DNA of 64,000 nt from an uncultured Alphaproteobacteria bacterium (GTDB lineage Bacteria; Pseudomonadota; Alphaproteobacteria; CBDUZE01), in contig CBDUZE010000002.1 in NCBI GenBank assembly GCA_965371625.1, forward strand, positions 92,960-156,959. The letters run 5' to 3'. The position numbers were made by a program, and so were the translations under genes. Shown here in pieces: positions 26,357-35,314 of this stretch. The first letter of the stretch is position 1. Each line of letters starts with the position of its first letter. Below the pieces are notes generated by a model, which worked only from the letters and a program-made list of their open reading frames with translations, searched no databases and was not told the origin of the DNA.

Positions 26357-28192
26357 TCAGTCGGGCTCGAAGGCCGCGCGATAGTCGCGCTTCAGCTTGG
26401 GATCCTGGTGGTCTTTCTCGAGCAGGCAGTTGCCGGCGATCAGCACCTCGACCTCGGTGCCCATGAAGCAGCGAAAAGCGTCCTCGGGCGTGCACACGAT
26501 GGGCTCGCCGCGCACGTTGAAGCTGGTGTTGACGAGCACCGGGCAGCCGGTGCGCGCCTTGAAGGCGCTGATCAGGGCGTGGAAGCGCGGGTTGGTCGGC
26601 TGGTGCACGGTCTGCACCCGGGCCGAGTGGTCGACATGGGTGACCGCCGGGATCTCCGAGCGCGGCAGCTTGAGCTGCTCGATGCCGAAGAGCTCGGCGT
26701 CGGCGGCGCCGGTCTCGCGCCAGCGCTTCTTGGCGACGTCCGCCACCAGCAGCATGTAAGGGCTGTCGCCATCGAGCTCGAACCATTCGGCGACGTCCTC
26801 GCGCAGCACCGCCGGCGCAAAGGGGCGGAACGATTCCCGGTACTTGACCTTGAGGTTCAGCACCGACTGCATGGTCGGCGAGCGGGCATCGCCGAGGATC
26901 GAGCGCGCGCCCAGCGCCCGCGGCCCGAACTCCATGCGCCCCTGGAACCAGCCCACGGCCTTCTGATCGACGAGCGCCTGGGCGCCGGCCTCGATGAGGC
27001 CCTCGTCGTCGAGCACGGTGAAGTTGGCGCCCGCTTCGCCGAGCCGGCGCTCGATTTCGGCCTGATCGAACGAGGGCCCGAGATAAGCGCCCTTCATGGC
27101 GTCGAGACCCGGTGTCGGGGTCCGCCCCTGGTCCTGAAACAAGTGATAGGCGCAAAGCGCCGCCCCCAGCGCCCCACCGGCATCGCCCGCCGCCGGCTGG
27201 ATCCACAGCCCCGCGAAGCGGCCCTCCCTTTGCACCTTGCCATTGGCCACGCAGTTGAGCGCCACGCCGCCGGCAAGGCACAGGTTGCGCGAGCCGGTCT
27301 CGGCCGAGAGCGCGCGGGTGAGGCGCAGCACCACCTCCTCGGTGACCGCCTGGATCGAGGCCGCGAGGTCCATGTGGCGCTGCGTCAGCGGCTCGCCGGG
27401 AGCGCGCGGCGGGCCCCCGAAGAGGCCATCGAAGCGGCCGTTGGTCATGCTCAGGCCGGTGCAGTAGTCGAAGTAGGCGAGGTCGAGCCGGAACGAGCCG
27501 TCGGCCTTGAGATCCATGAGGTTGTCGAGGATCGCCTGGCTGTAGCGGGGTTCGCCATAGGGCGCCAGCCCCATGACCTTGTATTCGCCGGAGTTGACCT
27601 TGAACCCGGTGTAATAGGTGAAGGCCGAGTACAAGAGCCCGAGGGAATGGGGAAAATGGATCTCGCGCAGCATCTCGAGCCGATTGCCCCGGCCCCAGCC
27701 GACCGAGGTGGTGGCCCATTCCCCGACTCCGTCCATGGTGAGGACCACCGCCTCCTCGAAGGGCGAGGGGAAGAAGGCGCTGGCGGCGTGGCTCTGGTGG
27801 TGCTCGGCGAACAGCAACCGGCCCGCCCAATCGAAATCGGGAGCGTAACGCTCGAGCTTGCCACGCAGCAGGCTCTTCTGAAAGAGCTTCTCCTTGAGCC
27901 ACAGCGGCAGCGCCATGCGGAACGAGGTGAAGCCCCTGGGCGCGAACGCCAGATAGGTCTCGAGCAAGCGCTCGAACTTGAGGAACGGCTTGTCGTAGAA
28001 GGCCACGAAGTCGATCTCGTCGAGGCCCAGACCGGCCTCCTCGAGGCAGTATTCGATGGCCCTCTCGGGGTAGCGCGAATCGTGCTTCTTGCGACTGAAG
28101 CGCTCTTCCTGGACGGCGGCGACGATCTCGCCGTCCGCGATCAGGGCCGCGGCGCTGTCGTGGTAGAAGGCCGAGACCCCGAGGATGCGCAA
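26357..28192 (-). CDS. Carbamoyltransferase (NodU/CmcH/SxtI family)
   Basis: TTG start giving LRILGVSAFYHDSAAALIADGEIVAAVQEERFSRKKHD..., the canonical carbamoyltransferase N-terminus. Length 612 aa. Confidence 0.8.
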   Translation of the reverse strand: MRILGVSAFYHDSAAALIADGEIVAAVQEERFSRKKHDSRYPERAIEYCLEEAGLGLDEIDFVAFYDKPFLKFERLLETYLAFAPRGFTSFRMALPLWLKEKLFQKSLLRGKLERYAPDFDWAGRLLFAEHHQSHAASAFFPSPFEEAVVLTMDGVGEWATTSVGWGRGNRLEMLREIHFPHSLGLLYSAFTYYTGFKVNSGEYKVMGLAPYGEPRYSQAILDNLMDLKADGSFRLDLAYFDYCTGLSMTNGRFDGLFGGPPRAPGEPLTQRHMDLAASIQAVTEEVVLRLTRALSAETGSRNLCLAGGVALNCVANGKVQREGRFAGLWIQPAAGDAGGALGAALCAYHLFQDQGRTPTPGLDAMKGAYLGPSFDQAEIERRLGEAGANFTVLDDEGLIEAGAQALVDQKAVGWFQGRMEFGPRALGARSILGDARSPTMQSVLNLKVKYRESFRPFAPAVLREDVAEWFELDGDSPYMLLVADVAKKRWRETGAADAELFGIEQLKLPRSEIPAVTHVDHSARVQTVHQPTNPRFHALISAFKARTGCPVLVNTSFNVRGEPIVCTPEDAFRCFMGTEVEVLIAGNCLLEKDHQDPKLKRDYRAAFEPD

Positions 28193-28206
28193 AGCCGTCC
28201 CAAGCC

Positions 28207-28356
28207 TCAGAAGATGGTGTAGATGAAGGGCGCCACGGCGCTCCCCTGGGCCAGCACCAGGAGCCCGCCAAAGATCAGCATCACCAGGAGGACCGGCATC
28301 AGCCAGTACTTCTTGCGCACCCTCAAGAACAGCCACAGCTCGGCGAGAAAGGACAC
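28207..28356 (-). CDS. SxtK-like/DUF5989 small membrane protein (49 aa, GTG start)
   Basis: (M)SFLAELWLFLRVRKKYWLMPVLLVMLIFGGLLVLAQGSAVAPFIYTIF matches the conserved small partner of carbamoyltransferases. Confidence 0.6.
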   Translation of the reverse strand: MSFLAELWLFLRVRKKYWLMPVLLVMLIFGGLLVLAQGSAVAPFIYTIF

Positions 28357-28367
28357 CGGCCCGCTCC

Positions 28368-28790
28368 TCAGAACTGGTGACGCATGCTCTCGGGCGCCGG
28401 ACCCGGCGGGCGGCGCTCGATCCAATAGCTCTCGGCCTCGGGCTCGAACCGCCGCCTCAAGGGGTCCTTGCCGAGGAGCCGCATCACCAGGGCCGTCGGC
28501 GTCACCGCGAGGTAGAAGATGACGGCCATGACCAGGGGGTTGGTGAGGCGGTGGAGAACGAGGCCCAACCTCGCCCAGGCGCGGTTCAAGGGCGCCAGCA
28601 CGCGGGGCCGCGCCAGCGCCGCCACCAGGAAGAGCGCCGCCAGCAGGCCCAGCCACCAGCGCGGCGGCGCGCCGTCGAGCAGCGGCCACAGCGCCAGCCC
28701 GCCGAGGACGACGGCGAAAACCAGGCCGAAGGACCGTTCCGAAGATGCTTTCGTCTCGTCTCGTCCGCTGAAGTCTTCGTGCGCGCTCAA
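28368..28790 (-). CDS. SxtJ-like small membrane protein (TTG start)
   Basis: ...SSERSFGLVFAVVLGGLALWPLLDG... two-TM pattern typical of SxtJ-family proteins found beside carbamoyltransferases. GAGG upstream of the TTG. Confidence 0.55.
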   Translation of the reverse strand: MSAHEDFSGRDETKASSERSFGLVFAVVLGGLALWPLLDGAPPRWWLGLLAALFLVAALARPRVLAPLNRAWARLGLVLHRLTNPLVMAVIFYLAVTPTALVMRLLGKDPLRRRFEPEAESYWIERRPPGPAPESMRHQF

Positions 28791-28974
28791 GGTATTGACC
28801 TCGCCAGCCCGGGCAAGCCCGCCACTGGGGGCCTTCCTTAGCCCCTCGCGGCGGCGATTACAACGCCACCATGGCGCGCCGGCCGGGCGACGCGGCGAGC
28901 GCCGGAGCGGCGCCACGCTCCCGCGCCTCGTCCAGCGGCTCGGGCCAAGCGCCTGAACGCGGTTCCATCTTCCT

Positions 28975-29004
28975 CCGGCCCCGGCCCCGGCCCCGGCCCC
29001 GGCG
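28975..29004. repeat. Hexanucleotide repeat (CCGGCC)4–5; minus strand reads (GGGGCC)n
   Basis: Read directly from the sequence: ccggccccggccccggccccggccccggcg. It sits in the intergenic leader between the phoD-like stop and the sxtJ-like start. Confidence 0.8.
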
Positions 29005-29007
29005 CCG

Positions 29008-30675
29008 TCACCAGGGCGCCAAGTCCAAGCGCGCCAGCATCTGCCGCTTGGCGCCGGAGGCCGTCTTTTCCTCGATCAGCTCGCCCTTGGTGTCGAAGGC
29101 CCTGACCGTCACGGCGTGGTTCGCCTTGTCGACGTCGATGCGGCAATAGTTGTCCTTCTGGGTGAAGTTCCAGGCCCGGTAATTCATCTCGACGCCGCCC
29201 GAGAGCGAAAACGGATCGCTCTGCCCGGGTTTCCGTGAATCGTGGACGTAGTGCGAGGGCTCGCCGTCGGCGAACCAGAAGGGCCAATAGAAGGCCGACG
29301 AGGTGATCGCGAACGCCTTGATCGCGGCGGCCGCGTCGGAGCCGGAAAAATCCATCTCGGCCACGTTGGAGCAGTGGATGTCGCCGGAGACGAAGACGAC
29401 ATTCTGAATTTCCTGCTCGACGATGCGGTCCAGGAGCGCCTTGCGGGTTTGCGGGAAGCCCGGCCAGGAGTCGGTCTGTTCCATTCGCTTGGGGCTCGAT
29501 CCGGCCCGCGCCAGCATCGGGTTCGGCACGAAGACGCTCGACGAGACGATGAACTTGGGAACGTTGCCGCTCTCGTTCTGCTCGGTCTCGAGCCAGGCCA
29601 GCAAATGGTCGAGCTGATTCGGCTCGTCGGAGTCCAGCGAGGGACGGCCGAGCAAGTGATTGTCGTCGAGGCTGTCCTCGATATCGTCCATGTATCGCTG
29701 GGTGCGGGTATCGAGGACGAAGAACGGATAGCCGTCGCAATCGAAACGGCAGAACAGCCGGTTGTCGAAATCTCGCGGACCGTGGCTCCACTGGTAGCTC
29801 ATGTAGGCGCCGATCGCGAGGTTGAAGAGCCGCCGTTTTTCGCTCTTGCGGATGCGGTCCTGGCTCCAGTTGTCCTCGATCTCGTGGTCGTCGAGGATCA
29901 TGTAGGTGGGCACCAAGCGCAAAAGCTTGCGCATGTTGGTGGAGCCGAAGGCCTTTAGGTAGCGGTCCTGGAACTCTTCGTAGGTGTCGGCGAGTCCGAT
30001 TGGGATATGCCGATTGAGCATGTCGGCGTAGATCTGATCGCCGACCATGAGCACGAAGCTCACCGGCATGCCGTCGACCTCGGCCCGGACCTCCTCCCTG
30101 AGCGGGCGGAAGATCTGGTCGGCCTGCTTGACCTTCCATAGCAGGCCGGGATAGCGGCACGAGCCGACGATGAAGCTCAGTTGGTCGAGCGGTGCTTCGG
30201 CGGCGACCCGGAAGGTGCGCAACACCGCCTCCGATTTCTTGGCCGGCAAGTTCTCGAGTTCCTGGCGCCAGATCTCCGGGCTCGGCAAGCGGTCGACCAG
30301 ATCGTCACTCTCGACGATCTCGTCGTCGCTGAAGGGGTCGTCGATGGTCAACGTACCGATGCGCACGTGATACTTGGAATCCGCATCGAGCGGGTAGACC
30401 TCGCCGCGCTCGCCGAGACCGCGCTCTTGGCCCAGGTCGAACGACCCGGTGCGATCGTATTCGCGGCGCAACCGGAAATAGAACACCGGCGGCTCCGCGA
30501 TCTCGGCGTCATTCTTCTTCAGCACCGTGAGGACGCCGACGGTGCGGCGTTCGGACGACAGGCTCGCGCCCTCGTCTCCCGGATCGCCGGCGCGGATCCA
30601 GAGCCGGCAGGAGTTGGTCGTGGTGTGTCCTATGATTGGGCCCAGCCCGGGCGCACGTAAACTGCTCATGTTCAC
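29008..30675 (-). CDS. PhoD-like phosphatase (alkaline phosphatase D family metallophosphatase)
   Basis: Motifs FIVGSCRYPG, GDQIYAD, LDDHEIEDNW. GGGAGGTG RBS 5 nt before the ATG. Confidence 0.75.
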   Translation of the reverse strand: MNMSSLRAPGLGPIIGHTTTNSCRLWIRAGDPGDEGASLSSERRTVGVLTVLKKNDAEIAEPPVFYFRLRREYDRTGSFDLGQERGLGERGEVYPLDADSKYHVRIGTLTIDDPFSDDEIVESDDLVDRLPSPEIWRQELENLPAKKSEAVLRTFRVAAEAPLDQLSFIVGSCRYPGLLWKVKQADQIFRPLREEVRAEVDGMPVSFVLMVGDQIYADMLNRHIPIGLADTYEEFQDRYLKAFGSTNMRKLLRLVPTYMILDDHEIEDNWSQDRIRKSEKRRLFNLAIGAYMSYQWSHGPRDFDNRLFCRFDCDGYPFFVLDTRTQRYMDDIEDSLDDNHLLGRPSLDSDEPNQLDHLLAWLETEQNESGNVPKFIVSSSVFVPNPMLARAGSSPKRMEQTDSWPGFPQTRKALLDRIVEQEIQNVVFVSGDIHCSNVAEMDFSGSDAAAAIKAFAITSSAFYWPFWFADGEPSHYVHDSRKPGQSDPFSLSGGVEMNYRAWNFTQKDNYCRIDVDKANHAVTVRAFDTKGELIEEKTASGAKRQMLARLDLAPW

Positions 30676-30873
30676 CTCCCAACCATCATTGGCCCTCGGT
30701 CGACTTTCAGCGATCGGTTCTCGAGCGGGCGTTGATGGTTGTGAGACTCTACAAGAAATTCTCTTGGCGAGTCTTGCGAATTATTCCGCTGGTGGCGCGA
30801 TGGAAGGCGCCAAGCAATTGGTTCGGGGTGCAACCCAATCCTGACCCTTGGGCGCGGCCGCGATTGGCTCGAC

Positions 30874-31419
30874 TCAGGGTGCCGAGGGGCGCAGGGGGAG
30901 CACCAGGTAGCGGCACTCGGCGGTGTTGTCGATCACCCCGACCTCGACCTCGGGCGCCAACTCGGTGCCGAACTCGGCGAGCACGCCGCGCGGCTCGAAC
31001 ACCACGTGGTGGACCTCGGGCGTGTTCTCGAGCACCACGATCTTGGGGCCGGCGGTGTCGATGCCGAGCTCCGCCGCGGCGGCGTAGACGTCGTCCACCA
31101 GCGCGTCCCGCGCCGGGCCCTGGTAGGCGGGCCAGATGCGCTCCTGCTCGAACTGCACGTGGTAGACCGGCGGCTCGGGCAGACCGTCCTTGCCGAAGGC
31201 GTGCTGCTCGGCGTTGCGGTACCAGAACAGCACCCGGGCGAGGCGCGCGCGCACCTCGGCGAGCTTGGCCGCGATCTCGTCGATGTTGAAGATCTTGCGG
31301 CCGGGGTCGAAAAGGAGCTGCATCATGGCGTCGATGCGGCGCCCTGAGAGCGAGAGCCGATGCTCGCTCTGGTCGATGGGGCCGGCCTCGAGGCCGCCGA
31401 CGTCGTGGATCGCGCGCAT
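30874..31419 (-). CDS. Nitrile-hydratase-beta-subunit-like protein (N-terminal MRAIHDVGG motif)
   Basis: Internal ATG with AAGGAG 5 nt upstream. MRAIHDVGGLEAGPID resembles the NHase beta N-terminus. No alpha subunit is nearby. Confidence 0.45.
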   Translation of the reverse strand: MRAIHDVGGLEAGPIDQSEHRLSLSGRRIDAMMQLLFDPGRKIFNIDEIAAKLAEVRARLARVLFWYRNAEQHAFGKDGLPEPPVYHVQFEQERIWPAYQGPARDALVDDVYAAAAELGIDTAGPKIVVLENTPEVHHVVFEPRGVLAEFGTELAPEVEVGVIDNTAECRYLVLPLRPSAP

Positions 31420-31558
31420 GCTCCTTGCTCGCTCCTCTGACCGCGACAAACCAGACGCTGGCCCGGCCGCGCTCAAGCCTGGGCGGCCGTGGCGCCGAAT
31501 TTGACCTTGGTATGGGTTCGCCATCGGCTATGCTGCGGCGCGGGGCGAGTCCGGGACG

Positions 31559-32143
31559 ATGGACCTGAAGACTTTTTACGATGCCGAGTTCGCCGAGCAC
31601 GAGGCGGTGCTGCGCGCCACCCTCGAGGCGGTGCGGGCGCCTTTCGCGCGGCTCTTGGAGATTTGCGCCGAGGCGATCCGCGCGGGCCACAAGATCGTCC
31701 TCTTCGGCAACGGCGGCAGCGCCGCGGACGCCCAGCACCTGGCCACCGAGCTCACCGTGCGCTACCGCAGCGAGCGCCCGGCGATCGCCGCCCTGGCGCT
31801 GACCACGGACAGCTCGGCGCTGACCGCGATCGGCAACGACTTCGGCTTCGAGCGGATTTTCGCGCGCCAGCTCGAGGCCCTCGGCAAGGCGGGCGACGTG
31901 GCCCTCGCCATCACCACCTCGGGGGCCAGCGAGAACGTCATCCTGGGCCTCGAGAGCGCCCGCGGGCTGGGGCTGGTTGCGGCCGCACTCGCCGGCCATG
32001 ACGGCGGCCGGCTGGTGGGCCTCGCCGATCCGCTCTTGATCGTGCCGTCCAGGACCACCGCGCGCATCCAGGAGATGCACATCCTCCTGGGCCAGATGCT
32101 GTGCGCGGCGCTGGAGATCGAGCTCGGGCTGGTCGAGGGTTGA
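31559..32143 (+). CDS. gmhA: D-sedoheptulose-7-phosphate isomerase (SIS domain)
   Basis: IVLFGNGGSAADAQHLATEL ... ITTSGASENV are SIS/GmhA signatures. Length 194 aa. Confidence 0.85.
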   Translation: MDLKTFYDAEFAEHEAVLRATLEAVRAPFARLLEICAEAIRAGHKIVLFGNGGSAADAQHLATELTVRYRSERPAIAALALTTDSSALTAIGNDFGFERIFARQLEALGKAGDVALAITTSGASENVILGLESARGLGLVAAALAGHDGGRLVGLADPLLIVPSRTTARIQEMHILLGQMLCAALEIELGLVEG

Positions 32144-32357
32144 GGCGGGGGCGGGGCAGAGCGCCGCGCGCCGCTTGACCGCGGGCGTGGGCGGCGTTAG
32201 GTTTCCGCCATCGGCCCCGGCCGACCATTCCCGAAATCTAGCCTGGCGGGGAAGCGTCGCTTCACCCGAAGTGCGGAGCTTGGCAAGCGCCCGCGTCTGA
32301 TTTTTCGCGCGTTGGAGCGCGGCGGGCGGGCGCAAAGCCCCGGGACGAGAGCACGAC

Positions 32358-33380
32358 ATGGAGCTATTCGGCAAAGATTTGGATCACGAGATCGCCCTCG
32401 TTGCCGAGATCGGCGTCAACCACGAGGGCGACGTCGAGAAGGCCTCAGAGCTGGTGCGCCTGGCTTCGGAGTCCGGGGCCGACGCGGTCAAGTTCCAAAG
32501 CTTCACCCCGGCGCGCTACGCCTCGGCCTCGGATCGGGCGCGGCTCGCCCGCGTCACCGGCTTCGCCCTCGACGAGGCGGCGCACCGGCGGCTGGCGGCG
32601 GAGGCGGCGAAGCTCGGCGTGGTGTTCTTCTCGACCGCGGTCTCCGAGGACCTGGTCCCGCTCCTGGCCGAGATGTGCCCGGCGATCAAGATCGCCAGCG
32701 GCGACCTCGACTTCGAGCCGGTGATCCGCGCCGCGGCGGCGACCGGCAAGCCGCTGATCATCTCCACCGGACTCGGCACCCTCGACGAGGTCGACCAGGC
32801 GGTGGATTGGGTGCGCGACGAGGTCGGCGCGGCGGCGCTGCCCGAGCGCCTGGTGCTGCTGCAGTGCGTGAGCGCCTACCCGACACCCGTCGAGGAGGCC
32901 AACGTGCTCGCCGTGCCCTTGCTCGCCGAGCGCTACGGCGTCCCGGTCGGCTTCTCCAACCACGTGCTTGGGCCCGAGGCCTGCTACGCGGCGATCGCCC
33001 ACGGCGCCAGCCTGATCGAGGCCCATTTCACCGACGCCAAGGCGGGGCGCTCGTTCCGCGACCACGAGCTCAGCTTCGAGCCCCAGGAGTTCGCGACGCT
33101 GGCCGCGGCCGCGCCCAGGATCCGCGCCGCTCTGGGGAGCGGCGCCAAGGAGCGCCAGCCGAGCGAGAGCGCTATCCTGGCAGCGGTGCGCAAGGGCGTG
33201 GTGGCGGCGCGCGACCTCCCGGCCGGACACGAGCTCGCGGCCAAAGACCTGATGTACGCACGCCCGGCGACCGAGTTCGCGGCCCATGAGCTCCCCACCC
33301 TGGTGGGGCGGCGGCTGGTGGCGGCGGTGGCCACGGGCGAGCTCATCGCCCGCGACAACGTGGCAGGGGTCAAGTCTTGA
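32358..33380 (+). CDS. neuB: NeuB-family nonulosonic acid (sialic/legionaminic/pseudaminic acid-type) synthase with a C-terminal SAF domain
   Basis: HEIALVAEIGVNHEGD...AVKFQSF...FFSTAV... TIM-barrel motifs plus an SAF-like C-terminus. Confidence 0.8.
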   Translation: MELFGKDLDHEIALVAEIGVNHEGDVEKASELVRLASESGADAVKFQSFTPARYASASDRARLARVTGFALDEAAHRRLAAEAAKLGVVFFSTAVSEDLVPLLAEMCPAIKIASGDLDFEPVIRAAAATGKPLIISTGLGTLDEVDQAVDWVRDEVGAAALPERLVLLQCVSAYPTPVEEANVLAVPLLAERYGVPVGFSNHVLGPEACYAAIAHGASLIEAHFTDAKAGRSFRDHELSFEPQEFATLAAAAPRIRAALGSGAKERQPSESAILAAVRKGVVAARDLPAGHELAAKDLMYARPATEFAAHELPTLVGRRLVAAVATGELIARDNVAGVKS

Positions 33381-33448
33381 CATTTATCATTTTCCGGAGG
33401 TCGCGGCCGGTGGCGGAGGTAAAATGATAAATGTCAAGACTTGACCCC
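33366..33448. repeat. Perfect 28-bp AT-rich inverted repeat (ggggtcaagtcttgacatttatcatttt / aaaatgataaatgtcaagacttgacccc) around a 27-nt GC-rich loop
   Basis: Read directly from the sequence. The left arm overlaps the neuB stop codon and the right arm ends 13 nt before the asnB-like start. Confidence 0.85.
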
Positions 33449-33460
33449 TAAAGACTAAAG

Positions 33461-35314
33461 ATGTGCGGCATCGCTGGATCGTTGGGGCCTGTGGCGCCGG
33501 CGCCCGAGCGCGTCGAGGCCACGCTCGGCCTGATGCGGAACCGCGGCCCCGATGCCTCGGGCACCTGGAGCGGCCGGCTGGGCCAGTCGACGCTCACGCT
33601 CCTGCACACCCGCCTCTCGATCATCGACCTCGACCCCCGCGCCGACCAGCCCTTCGAATCGGGCGACGTGGTGATCGTCCACAACGGCGAGATCTACAAT
33701 TATCTCGAGCTCAGGGCCGAGCTCGAGGGGCTGGGCCACCGCTTCCGTACTTCGTCGGACACCGAGGTCATCGTCGAGGCCTACCGTCGCTGGGGCGAGG
33801 CCTGCGTCGAGCGCTTCGAGGGCATGTGGGCGTTCGCGCTGCTCGACCGTCGCGCCGGCCGGCTGATCTTGAGCCGCGACCGCTTCGGCGAGAAGCCGCT
33901 CTACTGGATGCGCTCGGGCGGCACCCTCTACTTCGGCTCCGAGGTCAAGTTCCTGGCCGGCTTGAGCGGCGCGGCGCCGGTGGTCGACGTCCAGCACCTG
34001 AGGCGCTATCTGGTCAACGGCTACAAGGCGCTCTACAAGCAGCCGGCCAGCTTCCTGGTGGGCGTCTCGGAGCTTCCCCCGGCCTCCTCCGCCACCCTCA
34101 CCGGCGCCGATGAGCCGGCTCCCCGGCGCTACTGGCAACTCGCCTACGAGCCCCGCGACATGACCATGGAGGAGGCCATCGCGGGCACCCGCGAGCGCCT
34201 TTACCGGGCGCTCGAGATCCGCCTCAGGGCCGACGTGCCGGTTGCCTTCTGTCTCAGCGGCGGCATCGATTCGAGCGCCCTGGCCTCGATCGCCACCAAG
34301 CACTTCGGCCAGCGCATCCACGCCTTCTCGATCATCGATTCGGATGAGCGCTACGACGAATCGGCCAACATCGAGGCCACGGTCGCCGACCTCGGCTGCG
34401 ACCACCACGTGACCCGGACCAGTACCGAGGGCTTCTTCGAGCGCATGGCGGAGCTCGTCACCTATCACGACGCCCCGGTGGCGACGATCTCCTATTACGT
34501 CCACGCCTTCCTGTCCGAGGAGATCCAGGCGCAGGGCTTCAAGGTGGCGCTCTCAGGCGGCGGCGCCGACGAGCTCTTCACCGGCTACTACGATCACTAC
34601 GGCTTCTGGCTCGCCGAGATGCACGGCTGCGAGGACTTCCCCGCGCTCCTCGACGACTGGCGCCGAAGCTACGGCGTCTTCGTCCAGAACCCCCTCCTCC
34701 AGGACCCGCTCGCCTTTCACCGTGACCCCGGCCAGCGTGGACATATCTACCTCAACCGCGAGCTCTTCGCCTCCTTGCTCAGCGAGCCCTTCGACGAGGA
34801 ATTCACCGAGACCGCCTACTGCTCGAGCCTGTTGCGCAACCGCATGCTCAACGAGCTCCACCACGAGGCGGTGCCGGTGATCCTTCACGAGGACGACCTC
34901 AACTCGATGCGCTATTCGGTGGAGAACCGCTCGCCCTACCTCGATCGGAATCTGGCCGAGTTCCTGTACTCGGTCCCCAGCGAGCACCTGATCAATGACG
35001 GCTATGCCAAGTGGTTGCTACGCGCCGTGGCCAAGGGCGTGGTCAACGACCAGGTGCGCCTCGACCGGCGCAAGCGCGGCTTCAACACCTCGATCGACTC
35101 GCTCATCGACCGCGCCGACCCCGAGACCCGCGAGCGCCTCTTGGCGCCCAGTCCGATCTTCGATCTGGTCAAGCGCGAGGCCCTCGAATCGTTCCTCGAC
35201 CGCGACATGACCGACAACAGCTTGTCCAAGTTCCTGTTCTCCTTCGTCTCGGCCAAGCTGTTCCTGGAATCGGACCTGGTCGCCGGCGCGCGTCCGGCGC
35301 GCGACGCGGCATGA
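33461..35314 (+). CDS. Asparagine synthetase (glutamine-hydrolysing) family amidotransferase (WbuX/PseA-like candidate)
   Basis: N-terminal MCGIAG nucleophile and an SGGIDSS PP-loop. Length 617 aa. Confidence 0.8.
   Translation: MCGIAGSLGPVAPAPERVEATLGLMRNRGPDASGTWSGRLGQSTLTLLHTRLSIIDLDPRADQPFESGDVVIVHNGEIYNYLELRAELEGLGHRFRTSSDTEVIVEAYRRWGEACVERFEGMWAFALLDRRAGRLILSRDRFGEKPLYWMRSGGTLYFGSEVKFLAGLSGAAPVVDVQHLRRYLVNGYKALYKQPASFLVGVSELPPASSATLTGADEPAPRRYWQLAYEPRDMTMEEAIAGTRERLYRALEIRLRADVPVAFCLSGGIDSSALASIATKHFGQRIHAFSIIDSDERYDESANIEATVADLGCDHHVTRTSTEGFFERMAELVTYHDAPVATISYYVHAFLSEEIQAQGFKVALSGGGADELFTGYYDHYGFWLAEMHGCEDFPALLDDWRRSYGVFVQNPLLQDPLAFHRDPGQRGHIYLNRELFASLLSEPFDEEFTETAYCSSLLRNRMLNELHHEAVPVILHEDDLNSMRYSVENRSPYLDRNLAEFLYSVPSEHLINDGYAKWLLRAVAKGVVNDQVRLDRRKRGFNTSIDSLIDRADPETRERLLAPSPIFDLVKREALESFLDRDMTDNSLSKFLFSFVSAKLFLESDLVAGARPARDAA

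Noticed and set aside
26312-28222. 636-aa plus-strand ORF
   Set aside because: Exactly antisense to the carbamoyltransferase, whose translation has clear family motifs. The composition is low-complexity.
28960-29010. Possible CRISPR-like or other array because of the short tandem units
   Set aside because: The units are 6 bp with no spacers. It is a simple hexanucleotide microsatellite, not a CRISPR array. No CRISPR repeats or cas genes were seen anywhere in the window.
30749-32374. 541-aa ORF on the minus strand
   Set aside because: Runs antisense to the well-supported gmhA and NHase-beta-like genes. Arg/Ala/Pro/Gly-rich composition with no motifs. A typical high-GC antisense artefact.
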